Shown here piece by piece: positions 25,713 through 34,655 of a stretch of DNA of 59,296 nucleotides. The notes beneath the pieces are model-generated. The model saw only the letters and a program-made list of their open reading frames with translations, made no database searches and had not been told where the DNA came from. Origin of the DNA: a virus. How positions within the stretch are numbered: position 1 is the stretch's first letter; each line of letters opens with the position of its first letter. The stretch lies in IMG/VR virus record IMGVR_UViG_3300044552_000050, positions 1-59,296 of that record. One strand, given 5' to 3'. The position numbers and the translations under genes were made by a program.

Positions 25713-27436
25713 CAGGCGTCACCTGTTTCTTCGGAATCGGCAGCGTCGCCCGGCGCACTGTGCGCGGCGTCTTCGGGTGCCGGTTGTGCAACAGACAGGT
25801 CGGGACCGCCGACTTCGCTGATTGGCGCAGCACCACCACGGGGGAGGGTGCCTGTTGCCGTAAACACGAGACCAAGCTGTTCCTGCATGTCCTTTTCGCG
25901 CTTGATCTGGCGATAGGTTTTGCGCCAGTCCTTGCCGAGCCGGGCCAATTCATCCTGCGCGGTCGAAAGACCTGCGTTCAGGCGCATGGTGGCAGCCTGC
26001 GTTTCCTTCAGTTCGTCAATCTGACCTTTGGAAGCGCCGATCCACTCGCAGCCCGCAAGAGCCTCGAACTTCCGGTTCTGGACACCGTTCGTGTACAGCA
26101 TCGGTGCCTTGGATGCGGGGAAGGTCGTCAGCATGTTCTTGTTGACGGCTTCTTCGATCCACAAGCGGAAAATGGCCGATGCAAAACGGTCAGCAATCAG
26201 CTTCTTCCGCGCGCTCATGAACTTCCATGTCTCGGCCATTGCGGCGCGCGCACTGGAGTAGTTCGTGCTGGTGTAGTCGCGGGAAAGCTGTTCGTAAGAC
26301 ACGCCCAATGCAGCGGCCATGTAACGCAACAGGCTGGCTTCAAAACCCTGATTGGTTTGGGCGCTGTCGCCTGCCGACATAAGTTCCAGTTTGGTGCCAG
26401 GGAACAGGTGTGGGACGCGAACACCATCCAGTTTCATACGTCCGGCTTTGCCTGCATAGGCATTCACGGAGGACATATAACCGGCAGCGTACTGGCTATA
26501 CATATGCTCGAAATCTTCGAGGTTATTGTGACCTTCACCAAGTTGCGCGAACAGTGTGGAACTATCCAGATCGGACGTGATGACAGCAGCATAGAGCGAC
26601 TGCAACACGGCGCGCTGAAGGTTCACATCGCGGAACTTGTGCGTCATCCGCATTTCTTTGAGCGCAGATGCAAGTTCCGTAACGCCGCGCGTCTGCTGCG
26701 GGCGAATCTTTTCGTACAGGTGAATCACCTGCAACCGTCCCCAAGGCTTTTTCAGTGCGACCGTGTTCCAGCTTGGTGCCTGCGTCTGAAGGAACGGGTA
26801 GTCGAACGGGTGCGTGGTCCGAATCTGATAAGCCTGCGGTGCGCCTTGCTGATTGAAGATCACGCCTGCGCGGTTGTAAGGATTGAAACCCGAACTCGGA
26901 TCGGTGGAAAGACGGTCAAGATCGACCATCTGGATCGCCGTATTGTACTCGCTGGCGTCACCAGTGATCCACTCGCATGTGGCAAGCACTTCACCGGCCA
27001 GAACATGCGTACCAACAGCCATGCGAACGAGGGTTGTGAAGTCGGCCTGCCGTGAAGCGTCCACCCAATGATTCGGGGAAGATGCGTACAAGTCCCACAG
27101 TTCTTCAACTTCCTCTTGGAATTCTTCTTCCCAAACAGGATCGTCTTTTCCGAAGATGACCTTGGTAGCAGGGCGAGAATTCAGAAGGTAGTGCGCGCCG
27201 ACAATGTTGTCTTTGTGCAGGTTTGCGCCGCCCTGAACGTAGGCGTCATTGCGCGCAATATCGCGCGAACGCACGTCAATAAGCGGCTTGCCGGGCAGAA
27301 GGTCAGAGTCGGCGGAACGTAACTGTGGCAGCCATTTCGCAAGGCTTTGGTCAAACAGGTGTGCCGCATCATACGGACCTGCAACACTCTGCGGGCCTGC
27401 CGGAACAGCCCACATATTTGACATATCACCAACCAT
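25712..27436 (-). CDS. Portal protein (lambda family)
   Basis: 574 aa, between the gpW-like and S49 protease genes. Acidic C-terminus. Confidence 0.85.
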   Translation of the reverse strand: MVGDMSNMWAVPAGPQSVAGPYDAAHLFDQSLAKWLPQLRSADSDLLPGKPLIDVRSRDIARNDAYVQGGANLHKDNIVGAHYLLNSRPATKVIFGKDDPVWEEEFQEEVEELWDLYASSPNHWVDASRQADFTTLVRMAVGTHVLAGEVLATCEWITGDASEYNTAIQMVDLDRLSTDPSSGFNPYNRAGVIFNQQGAPQAYQIRTTHPFDYPFLQTQAPSWNTVALKKPWGRLQVIHLYEKIRPQQTRGVTELASALKEMRMTHKFRDVNLQRAVLQSLYAAVITSDLDSSTLFAQLGEGHNNLEDFEHMYSQYAAGYMSSVNAYAGKAGRMKLDGVRVPHLFPGTKLELMSAGDSAQTNQGFEASLLRYMAAALGVSYEQLSRDYTSTNYSSARAAMAETWKFMSARKKLIADRFASAIFRLWIEEAVNKNMLTTFPASKAPMLYTNGVQNRKFEALAGCEWIGASKGQIDELKETQAATMRLNAGLSTAQDELARLGKDWRKTYRQIKREKDMQEQLGLVFTATGTLPRGGAAPISEVGGPDLSVAQPAPEDAAHSAPGDAADSEETGDA

Positions 27437-27672
27437 CAGAACAGCGGGAACACTGGACGCGGCCTGTGTGCGCCTGTGATCTGTCGTTCAAGGCTCTGAA
27501 CATATGCAGCCAGTTCCCCGATGTTTGCAGACTGGTAGGTGATGCTTTCGCCGTTAGAGTCGCGCACCGTCACAACCGACTTACCGATGTACAGCGAGTG
27601 TAAAGCAGCAGACGCCTCTTGATAGCGTTGCTTCAGTACAACAAGATCGGCTGCGGAAATTGGGTGCGACAT
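27436..27672 (-). CDS. Head-tail joining protein gpW-like
   Basis: ASAALHSLYIGKSVVTVRDSNGESITYQSANIGELAAYVQSLERQ parallels lambda gpW ([44 protein letters not shown]). Confidence 0.85.
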   Translation of the reverse strand: MSHPISAADLVVLKQRYQEASAALHSLYIGKSVVTVRDSNGESITYQSANIGELAAYVQSLERQITGAHRPRPVFPLF

Positions 27673-27717
27673 ACTGACAAAATACGGTCTATCGGTATGA
27701 AGTCAATAAATAATTGG

Positions 27718-29913
27718 TCAGGCTAAGTCCTCGCCTAATTTAGACAGTATTTCCGATGGCGATTTACCGACATTGTTTTGTTTTAGTTTCCCGTCTTTCA
27801 CGCTAAACACCATTGTATTCTTATCCCAATCTGTATCGCACCATGATGCGGGTGTGTCCCAATTCATAACATTGGCTCTAATATCGGGATGCCTTAGAAA
27901 AGCGATACAGTATGCGATAAGGTCAAAGGCTTCGTTCTTGCGCTTGGATGGGTTTGTCCATCCCTTTGTGTCACGTATTTCCGTCGTCAACTGCGAATAC
28001 AGCCAGTCGGTATCAATCAGGTCGCCTTGTTCGTCATGCCAGATTGGAAAGTGGACTTCACCTCCCGGCTCTGTGCGGCCAAGCATGTTCGATGCCTGGT
28101 CCTTCACCGAGTTGGAGTTAATCAGCCATACCGGAACGTCGCCGCGAGCGATGGCAAACTTGCTCTTTTGCTGCGAGTCAGGGAACGTGCGGTACAGGTC
28201 CGGCCTGCTGCCTGTGCGAGACGGCGCACCTTTGAGCAGGTTGAAACGGGATTGGTAGCCGCTGCCGAGGTCACGCAACCTGCGCCAGAACGCATAGGCG
28301 TTCGAGGTCACGCTGACCACTGGTTCATCATCGTTGCGCCGCTTCTGGTTGGTTGTGGATGCTGCACCACCGGAGTCACAGCCAACCAGTTTGACTTTCA
28401 TGAAGCGACCGCTGCCGTCCGAAAGAGGGTATTTCTTGTCCAGCACTTCGTCTATCAGGCAATCCCAATCTTCGGGGAACGATGCCGGGTCAATCAGTTC
28501 ACGCTCGCCGTCCTTACCAACACGCTTCGACTTGCGTATCTTCCACATATCAACGTGATAAATGTCGGTGGCCCACAAGCCGTTTTCCATGCGTACCGGC
28601 GCGATGCCGAAGGTGTGGACCACGAAGGACGGTCGGCCACCGGCCTGCACGTCAATCATGCTCATCAGGAACGCCACGCCAGCAGGCACTTCGCCCTTGG
28701 TGTTGTATTCCTCGGCCCGGCTTTTCAGGGTTTCAGGAAGCCGCGCGTTCTGGACCGACTTCGGCGTGTAGGGGAGTCCCAGGTCCGTGTTTATCACGGC
28801 CTTCAGCTTTTCCTCGTTGCGAGATCGTTCAAAGTCCTGTTCCGCGTCGAGGTATTTTAGCACCAGTTCCTTCCATGTGGTGAACCCGGCTGCTGGGCCT
28901 TTCAGCCAGAATGATGCTGTTTTCGAGCGGCGCGCTTTCCCTGTGATCGTGCCATCAGGGTTCCAATGCTCGCCTTCACGCAACCATTGGCCGCTAAGGT
29001 TCAATTCATACTGCATGTCTGGCATCATGACGTTGCCGCAGTGCGGGCAGCCCATCACAACCTGTTCGGCAGACTCCATAGGATCGCAGGACAGCGGATA
29101 GTTCAGCAGCTTGAAATCTGGCTCAAATGCCTCGTGACACGCCACACACTGCCAGTACCATCTATGCCGGTCCCCTGAATTATAGATCGACAAAATGCCC
29201 GCGCACGGCGGCGCTTCGTGTGGTGACGATGGCATCCATTTTGGGTCAAGAACGGGATAGCCGGGGCTGGACTCTGCTACCGTCATTCCGAAGCGTTTGA
29301 GTGTCTGCGCGCGCTTTTTCAGAAGGGTGAAGGGGTCGCCTTCGCCGTCAATGTCCAGCGGCAGCCGGTCATAGTCCATTGCCCACAGGCGACCAACTGT
29401 TTTGCCGGACAGTTCGGTGATAGACGGATGAACAATGGTCAGACGGTTCCCTGACAGGAACTCCTTGTCGAACACGTTGTCCTGCTGCCTGCCAGGTCGA
29501 AGCGTTGCTTTCAGTTCAGGCGAGTTTCGGAACAGCTTGGCAAGATCGGACAGCGACCAGTTGCGGGCCGTGGATTGGGTCATGTGCAAGACCATCATAT
29601 CCATTGGGTCGCATTTTGCTGTGTAGCCAAGCCAGTTCAGCAGCCCTTGCGACTTACCGGAACGTGCCGGGCCAACGAACGCCATTGAGTCGTATTCAAG
29701 GGATGCAAGCACGTTCTGAGGTTTCACCATGTACGGTGTGCGGTCAGGCGACCAATGGCCGGTGAAATTCTTTTCTCTGATGACAACGTATTTCTCGGCT
29801 GCCTCGCTGACCGTGAGACGTTCAGGCGGTTCGATAGCCACTGACGCGGCAACGATCATTTCTTCAAGCGTCTTGTAGGTAGCTGGGCGATAACGCTCCA
29901 TTGGGCGCGACAT
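27718..29913 (-). CDS. terL: Terminase large subunit (GpA family)
   Basis: Walker A FVGPARSGKSQ, Zn-like CPHCG, about 730 aa. Likely ATG at 29913 (MSRPMERY); the ORF track begins at 29934. Confidence 0.9.
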   Translation of the reverse strand: MSRPMERYRPATYKTLEEMIVAASVAIEPPERLTVSEAAEKYVVIREKNFTGHWSPDRTPYMVKPQNVLASLEYDSMAFVGPARSGKSQGLLNWLGYTAKCDPMDMMVLHMTQSTARNWSLSDLAKLFRNSPELKATLRPGRQQDNVFDKEFLSGNRLTIVHPSITELSGKTVGRLWAMDYDRLPLDIDGEGDPFTLLKKRAQTLKRFGMTVAESSPGYPVLDPKWMPSSPHEAPPCAGILSIYNSGDRHRWYWQCVACHEAFEPDFKLLNYPLSCDPMESAEQVVMGCPHCGNVMMPDMQYELNLSGQWLREGEHWNPDGTITGKARRSKTASFWLKGPAAGFTTWKELVLKYLDAEQDFERSRNEEKLKAVINTDLGLPYTPKSVQNARLPETLKSRAEEYNTKGEVPAGVAFLMSMIDVQAGGRPSFVVHTFGIAPVRMENGLWATDIYHVDMWKIRKSKRVGKDGERELIDPASFPEDWDCLIDEVLDKKYPLSDGSGRFMKVKLVGCDSGGAASTTNQKRRNDDEPVVSVTSNAYAFWRRLRDLGSGYQSRFNLLKGAPSRTGSRPDLYRTFPDSQQKSKFAIARGDVPVWLINSNSVKDQASNMLGRTEPGGEVHFPIWHDEQGDLIDTDWLYSQLTTEIRDTKGWTNPSKRKNEAFDLIAYCIAFLRHPDIRANVMNWDTPASWCDTDWDKNTMVFSVKDGKLKQNNVGKSPSEILSKLGEDLA

Positions 29914-29939
29914 GGGAAAACCTCTTGTAAGCAAAAACG

Positions 29940-29958
29940 ACTCACGCTATACGTGAGT
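29940..29958 (-). promoter_or_regulatory. ACTCAC-N7-GTGAGT dyad, copy d
   Basis: Sense strand reads CAACTCACGTATAGCGTGAGTCGTTTTTGC, in the terS-terL gap. Confidence 0.6.
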
Positions 29959-29990
29959 TGCCCGGTTCAGCATCAACTCGGCTCCCTGGA

Positions 29991-30024
29991 CCCCCGGCGC
30001 GTTCCACCCTGTCCGCGTCGGGGG
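29991..30024. other. GC-rich hairpin in the terS-terL gap
   Basis: CCCCCGGCGCG / CGCGTCGGGGG, an 11-bp stem with 1 mismatch and a 12-nt loop. Confidence 0.5.
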
Positions 30025-30033
30025 TTTTACGTT

Positions 30034-30741
30034 TCAGTCAAAATCGTCGTCTTCATCAAGAACATTGTCCGTAAGCGACTCTGTTCCGAATGACGCTTTT
30101 TCACTCATTGAAAGCGTCTGGCGCTCAGACGGCATCTGCACCAGCTTTTCACGCAACGTGCGGCGCAGGTCGTCCATGTAGGTCGAAACAATCTTGGCCT
30201 GTTCATCCGTCAGCTTTGCGCGCTCGCGCAGGTCTTCTTCGGCCATCTGAAGGTGATCCTTCATCATCGAAAACAGGCCGGTCAAAACGTCCAGGACGTC
30301 TTGGGTGTCCCACGCCTCTTGCGCCTCGATCATGAACTTGATGCGCGCGCGTTGTGCGCTCCAGAAGGCCAGATTGATTTCGGGCGGCAGGTTCGACTTA
30401 TTCAAAGTCTTGATAAACTGCGCCGTGCTCATTTTCGGCTTCACAAGGTATGAGCAGGCTTCGCGGAAGTCGTACAGGGTGAAGTTGCCGTCCTTGATGC
30501 ACGGGCAATCCACCAGTCGCTTTTTCACTGTGACAATGTTCAGGTCGAACAGCACCGCGAGGGTGTTGGCCGGAACCGGGCGGCGCATGGCCTGCAAGCC
30601 ACCAACATCGTCCAACGTCTTGCCGCCACGCGCGGACTTGATGGACGATGTAAAGGCAGGGACTTCAGGCTTCGGTTTAGGCTTGCGACCCCTGCGCTTG
30701 GGCGCGCTCTTGATAGGTTCGTCAAACAGGTCATCAGACAT
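30034..30741 (-). CDS. terS: Terminase small subunit (DUF1441/Nu1-like)
   Basis: 235 aa directly upstream of the GpA-type terminase. Basic N-terminus (KRRGRKPKPKP), HTH-like segment, acidic C-terminus. Confidence 0.6.
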   Translation of the reverse strand: MSDDLFDEPIKSAPKRRGRKPKPKPEVPAFTSSIKSARGGKTLDDVGGLQAMRRPVPANTLAVLFDLNIVTVKKRLVDCPCIKDGNFTLYDFREACSYLVKPKMSTAQFIKTLNKSNLPPEINLAFWSAQRARIKFMIEAQEAWDTQDVLDVLTGLFSMMKDHLQMAEEDLRERAKLTDEQAKIVSTYMDDLRRTLREKLVQMPSERQTLSMSEKASFGTESLTDNVLDEDDDFD

Positions 30742-30744
30742 TGG
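30721..30744. repeat. 24-bp direct repeat flanking the methyltransferase cassette, copy 1 (MTase|terS junction)
   Basis: GTCAAACAGGTCATCAGACATTGG here against GTTAAACAGGTTATCAGACATTGG at 31817..31840 (22/24 identical). Confidence 0.85.
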
Positions 30745-31837
30745 AGCGCAAAACTTTCAAACCAGCTTCATCTTCTATTCTTGTTGCTGCTATGTCTGCA
30801 TATTCCGTGTTCAACTCACATAAAACAAAATCGCATCTGTTTTTAGACGCTGCTATGCCGGTCGTGCCAGAACCCCCGAACGGGTCTAAAACAACACATG
30901 GTTTTATGTTTGCAGTATCACACGAGCATGTCTTTCTCCATCCAACGGTCTTTTTTTCAACCATGCCTGCTAAAATGCGCGCTTTTGTGGCACTAGGGTC
31001 TTGGGCCTTCGATTTTGCATAATCTTTTGTAGCCTTCCCTGCGTATTTGCCATCTGTGTTTCCACCACATGCTTTTTGATGCTCTATATTAACAGCACCT
31101 CTCTGAAGTATCCGCACATAGGGCGAGCCACACTTTTCACAGCATCCATGCTCGCTAGTTGAACTTTTTACGCAAGGCTCAATAAGGCTTACCGGAAAGG
31201 TTGCTGTATGTGCGCCCTTGAATGCGCGGGTTGTCACTGTCCACACACTTCTTTTGTTTTTCTTTGCGTTACCGCCCGATGCGGCACATTCCTTTATTGC
31301 ATGAGCATCGAAATGATACTTTGCGCTCTTTGTAAACATGAATATGTATTCATGGGATTTTGTGCATCTATCCTTTACACTTTCAGGAAGCGCATTTGGT
31401 TTATTCCAGATAATATCCTGTCGCAATATCCACCCGCTCGAAATCATCGCAAGGGCAAACCTCCAAGGAACTCCCAGTAAAGATTTATCATTTACGGGAA
31501 AAATGCTGTCTTTTCCTGTTTTCGATGAAGCGTAGGTATCGCTTATATTTACCCATAGCACACCGTCATTCCGCATGACTCTGTGAACCTCGGTAAATAC
31601 ATCAATAAGTTTTTGCACGTATTCTGAGGATTGGTCTTCAACGCCAATCTGACCTTTTACCCCATAGTTCCGCAAGGCATAATATGGGGGCGACGTTACG
31701 CAACAATGGACTGACTGACCTGGCATCTTTTTCAAGGCCTCAAGACAGTCGCCTACAATCAACCTTCCGGCTGTAGGCACTCTGTAGGGTGGTAAGCCAA
31801 ACGCGGCGCGCAGAATGTTAAACAGGTTATCAGACAT
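30734..31837 (-). CDS. Beta-class N4-cytosine/N6-adenine DNA methyltransferase (AT-rich cassette)
   Basis: TSPPY motif, HTATFP, C-terminal LDPFGGSGTTG, and a Cys-rich insert CCEKCGSPY. ATG at 31837; the ORF track starts at a TTG, 31849. Confidence 0.85.
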   Translation of the reverse strand: MSDNLFNILRAAFGLPPYRVPTAGRLIVGDCLEALKKMPGQSVHCCVTSPPYYALRNYGVKGQIGVEDQSSEYVQKLIDVFTEVHRVMRNDGVLWVNISDTYASSKTGKDSIFPVNDKSLLGVPWRFALAMISSGWILRQDIIWNKPNALPESVKDRCTKSHEYIFMFTKSAKYHFDAHAIKECAASGGNAKKNKRSVWTVTTRAFKGAHTATFPVSLIEPCVKSSTSEHGCCEKCGSPYVRILQRGAVNIEHQKACGGNTDGKYAGKATKDYAKSKAQDPSATKARILAGMVEKKTVGWRKTCSCDTANIKPCVVLDPFGGSGTTGIAASKNRCDFVLCELNTEYADIAATRIEDEAGLKVLRSNV

Positions 31838-31840
31838 TGG
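31817..31840. repeat. 24-bp direct repeat flanking the methyltransferase cassette, copy 2 (xis|MTase junction)
   Basis: See 30721..30744. Confidence 0.85.
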
Positions 31841-32024
31841 TGGCTTCAAGCACCTTTTGCTGCCATGCAGTTATGTCTGCATCAAGCCAGAAAATTATAC
31901 GTGTACCTGGATATTTTCTGCCTGATGGGAAACGTTCTTCTTTAATCATATTGTAAATTTGAGACCTTTTCAGACCAACACGACGGATTACATCCTCCAA
32001 ACGTAGAAAGTTTACTTCTGGCAT
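31830..32024 (-). CDS. AlpA-family excisionase / transcriptional regulator
   Basis: MPEVNFLRLEDVIRRVGLKRSQIYNMIKEERFP matches the AlpA/Xis HTH pattern. Directly downstream of int. Confidence 0.75.
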   Translation of the reverse strand: MPEVNFLRLEDVIRRVGLKRSQIYNMIKEERFPSGRKYPGTRIIFWLDADITAWQQKVLEATNV

Positions 32025-32067
32025 CCACTTACGCACCTTACACGGCAATGATACTCAGTGGATACTA

Positions 32068-32086
32068 ACGCACATATAAAGTGAGT
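32068..32086 (-). promoter_or_regulatory. ACTCAC-N7-GTGCGT dyad, copy e (degenerate)
   Basis: Sense strand reads GAACTCACTTTATATGTGCGT, between the int stop and the xis start. Confidence 0.45.
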
Positions 32087-33262
32087 TCAATCACTCTTCG
32101 GGTGAATTAAGGCATCAGCCCAATCTTGTAGCATTCGCCTGCGCGGCTGCAGGTATGTTGCAGAGTTGTATGCACCACGCACTTTGTTTGCCTCGACATG
32201 GGATAACGCCAACTCAATCCAGTCGTAATCGTAACGGCGCTGTGCTTCATTCAACATCTGCTCATTTGCCCATGTTGAAGCAGTGCTGCGAAAACCATGA
32301 ACTGTTGCTTTTCTATGATAGCCCATACGATGCAGCGCATATAACATCGTGTTTTCAGATATTGCGCCTGTTTTTGACGACCTTGACCAAAATATAAAGT
32401 CATGGCGCGGAGACCGTGGTAGTCTTCTTAATAACTCTTGCGCTTGTAGGCTGAGAGGAATCAAATGCTCTCGACCTGCCTTCATACGTTGTGCTGGAAT
32501 ACGCCACACATCGCCCTGGATTTCTCCCCATCTAGCAAACCTGACTTCATTGGTTCGCGTCCATGTCAAAATCACAAATAGAAGCGCCTCGCGTGTCATT
32601 GGATCGCCGTCATAACTTAGAAGTTTTTCCATAAACGCGCCCATTTCACTGAACAACATGCGTGAGAAATGTTGCGTTTTTCGAGGTCGTGTAACGGCCT
32701 TTTCTAATCTGTAAGACGGGTCGCTCTGTATAAGCCCTGATGCCATAGCCATTGCGGTTATTTCAGCAATATGCTGGCGCGCGCGCTTTAGCATGTCCAA
32801 AGCGCCACGTTCTTCCATTGGTTGTAAAGCAGATAAAATTCGTTTTGGACTTACATCCGTAATACTCAATGGCCCTAAAGCTGGAAGGACATTAGCCTCC
32901 AGACGCCTCCAGACAAGCGCTGCATGAGGTTTTGTTACGTTGACAGACCAGCGCCGGTGCCAGTCTTGGGCACACTCCCCGAATGTAACAGGTCGGACCT
33001 CTTTGCTATCGGGTATAGAAGGGTCTTCGCCAGACTTTAACCGGGCATGCGCCTGATCCCGAAGCCTGCGGGCATCCACGAGGCTTAATTGCGGGTATGT
33101 GCCTAGTGTAAGGGTCTGTTCTTTACCATCAAACCGATAACCCATACGCCATATTCTTGAACCTGAAGGCATCACATGCAGATAGAGCCATCCGCTGTCC
33201 GAGACCTTGCGTGGTCGGAGGCCAGCTTTAAGGTTTCGTATCGCCGTATCTGTCAAAGCCAT
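32087..33262 (-). CDS. int: Tyrosine integrase (P4-type, DUF4102 arm-binding N-terminus)
   Basis: N-terminus LTDTAIRNLK...SGSRIWRMGYRFDGKEQTLTLGTYPQLSLVDAR. Catalytic blocks HGFRSTASTW and ALSHVE...YN. Confidence 0.9.
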   Translation of the reverse strand: MALTDTAIRNLKAGLRPRKVSDSGWLYLHVMPSGSRIWRMGYRFDGKEQTLTLGTYPQLSLVDARRLRDQAHARLKSGEDPSIPDSKEVRPVTFGECAQDWHRRWSVNVTKPHAALVWRRLEANVLPALGPLSITDVSPKRILSALQPMEERGALDMLKRARQHIAEITAMAMASGLIQSDPSYRLEKAVTRPRKTQHFSRMLFSEMGAFMEKLLSYDGDPMTREALLFVILTWTRTNEVRFARWGEIQGDVWRIPAQRMKAGREHLIPLSLQAQELLRRLPRSPRHDFIFWSRSSKTGAISENTMLYALHRMGYHRKATVHGFRSTASTWANEQMLNEAQRRYDYDWIELALSHVEANKVRGAYNSATYLQPRRRMLQDWADALIHPKSD

Positions 33263-33524
33263 CTTCCATTCCTCCCGCGATGAGGTTTGTTTACCCGCAG
33301 ACTTACCCGCAAAAGTTTTGGCTGCCTATAGACGCTAGTGGACACTAGAGGAAATAGAAAGGCAGTTTTCTGCGCTTTCCATGTCATCTATGAACGTCAG
33401 TGGATTGTTATGGATTGTGTGCTGGTGTCCGCGGCGACTTAGGAACAATACTCGTAAGATGTTGATTTCAATTAGTTTGTTTGAAGCGGGTAAGACTAAC
33501 TTACCCGCAAACTTACCCGCAAAC
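33263..33524. other. Candidate attP region with arm-type repeats
   Basis: TTACCCGCA at 33291, 33303, 33501 and 33513, plus an inverted GCGGGTAA at 33486. Central palindrome CTAGTG-GA-CACTAG at 33335..33348. Adjacent to the int start. Confidence 0.55.
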
Positions 33525-34190
33525 TTATTCACTGAACGGGAGTGGGCCGTTGAGGTCTTCTAATTCGTAAACCTCTCTAAGATGTATTTTCACCTTTATC
33601 TGTTGTGAAAGTCTTGAAAAAATGCCCTCGACATTTCCCGCTGGTATTGCGAAAAATCGAAGACTGTTATTTTCAATGACAACAGGGAAAAGAATTTTGT
33701 CTTCGGCCTGCCTTGGAATGTAAAACACCAAGAAATTTGCATGTATGGACGCTCTTGTCGCATACCCCTCAATATCTTCCACGCCCATTCGTAGCTCTAT
33801 ATTCGTGCCCACCTTACCAAAAGGTATGGCTGCATGGCCCTGATTGGTTCGAGCCATGCCCGCCAGTATCAAGGCGCAAGGGTCGGAACTAATCTCACCA
33901 GACCTTAATCCGCCTGTAGCAGAAGACGCGCTTATACCATGCTCTAACCATTCCGGGCTGACATTTAATATCTGAGCAAGCTGCACCATCCTTTTACCTC
34001 GCGGTATAGATAGACCTTCCTGCCATTTGCGGGGAGTTTCGATAGTTATTTTTTCATCAAAATAGGTTTCAAAAAGAGAGACAATTTTTTGCAGCTTACC
34101 GTGCCTGATAGGCGGAATCACATCGGAGTTTTTGCAGGCAGTGTTAAAGCGCGCAGCAAATTGTTCATGCTTAACTTTTTCCTGACTCAC
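33525..34190 (-). CDS. CI-like HTH repressor candidate
   Basis: XRE-type HTH PRKWQEGLSIPRGKRMVQLAQILNVSPEWLEHG. GTG start after AGGAGGG. Lies next to attP/int. AT-rich. Confidence 0.55.
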   Translation of the reverse strand: MSQEKVKHEQFAARFNTACKNSDVIPPIRHGKLQKIVSLFETYFDEKITIETPRKWQEGLSIPRGKRMVQLAQILNVSPEWLEHGISASSATGGLRSGEISSDPCALILAGMARTNQGHAAIPFGKVGTNIELRMGVEDIEGYATRASIHANFLVFYIPRQAEDKILFPVVIENNSLRFFAIPAGNVEGIFSRLSQQIKVKIHLREVYELEDLNGPLPFSE

Positions 34191-34193
34191 TTT

Positions 34194-34237
34194 ACCCTCC
34201 TATAAATGTAATAGTAAACCTACATTGATAGGAGGGT
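34194..34237. promoter_or_regulatory. Long inverted repeat covering the repressor's ribosome-binding site
   Basis: ACCCTCCTATAAATGTA / TACATTGATAGGAGGGT, 17 bp with 1 mismatch and a 10-nt loop. Starts 3 nt upstream of the repressor GTG start. Confidence 0.6.
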
Positions 34238-34280
34238 GTTTACAAGATTTGTCAGGTGTGTTGTTTCACGCAATGAGTGG

Positions 34281-34655
34281 TTATATTAGATCAAAACGAG
34301 AACGAATATCTTTTATGCTTCGTGCTAAAATATAAACCCCGCCTACTTTCTGCCACATTTCTGCGAAAACTCCCTGTTTTTCGCGCTGCGCTCCGGTGAG
34401 TGTTTTCGTCTCAATTACAGTGGGCTTCCTCCCCACTATTCCCACTAGATCGCCAATGCCCGGCAGCCCGAAGCGGATGGGCCGCGCCTTGCGTAGAATC
34501 TTCATCCCCGGCTCGACGCGCACATACTGACCGACTGCGGCCCTGACTGGATCGCCCTGCCATGCCATGCCGGTGTTTTCGCGCCATATAAGAGTGTCGG
34601 GATAGCTGGACACTTCCACGGCAGCATCGTTCATAAACTCCTTTTCGCTGGTCAT
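34281..34655 (-). CDS. VRR-NUC domain nuclease
   Basis: GLPGIGDLVGI...VIETKT..G..REKQ fits the PD-(D/E)xK VRR-NUC pattern. ATGA overlap with the helicase stop. Confidence 0.7.
   Translation of the reverse strand: MTSEKEFMNDAAVEVSSYPDTLIWRENTGMAWQGDPVRAAVGQYVRVEPGMKILRKARPIRFGLPGIGDLVGIVGRKPTVIETKTLTGAQREKQGVFAEMWQKVGGVYILARSIKDIRSRFDLI

Noticed and set aside
29935-29965. Resemblance of the dyad family (for example CGACTCACGCTATACG, ACTCACGTATAG) to the T7 RNA polymerase promoter core CGACTCACTATAG.
   Set aside because: No single-subunit RNA polymerase gene is present. All large ORFs are otherwise assigned. The spacing differs by an inserted base, and the element is dyad-symmetric. I treat it as coincidence unless a search shows otherwise.
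29991-30024. The GC-rich hairpin between terS and terL as the cos site.
   Set aside because: Nothing in the sequence alone distinguishes it from an intercistronic RNA hairpin. There are no flanking TerS-type repeat arrays. I keep it as a feature only.
33423-33445. A possible tRNA 3'-end fragment (reverse strand TTCCTAAGTCGCCGCGGACACCA, ending in CCA) as the attP core for the P4-type integrase.
   Set aside because: The putative T-loop TTCCTAA violates the conserved TTCRANY pattern (no purine at position 57, no A58), and no T-stem partner is present. The evidence is not enough to call a tRNA-derived core.
33335-33563. ORFs 33335..33532 (minus strand) and 33381..33563 (plus strand) in the int-repressor gap.
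   Set aside because: They overlap the arm-repeat clusters, lack ribosome-binding sites, and have repeat-derived translations (for example FAGKFAGK). The region is better explained as attP.
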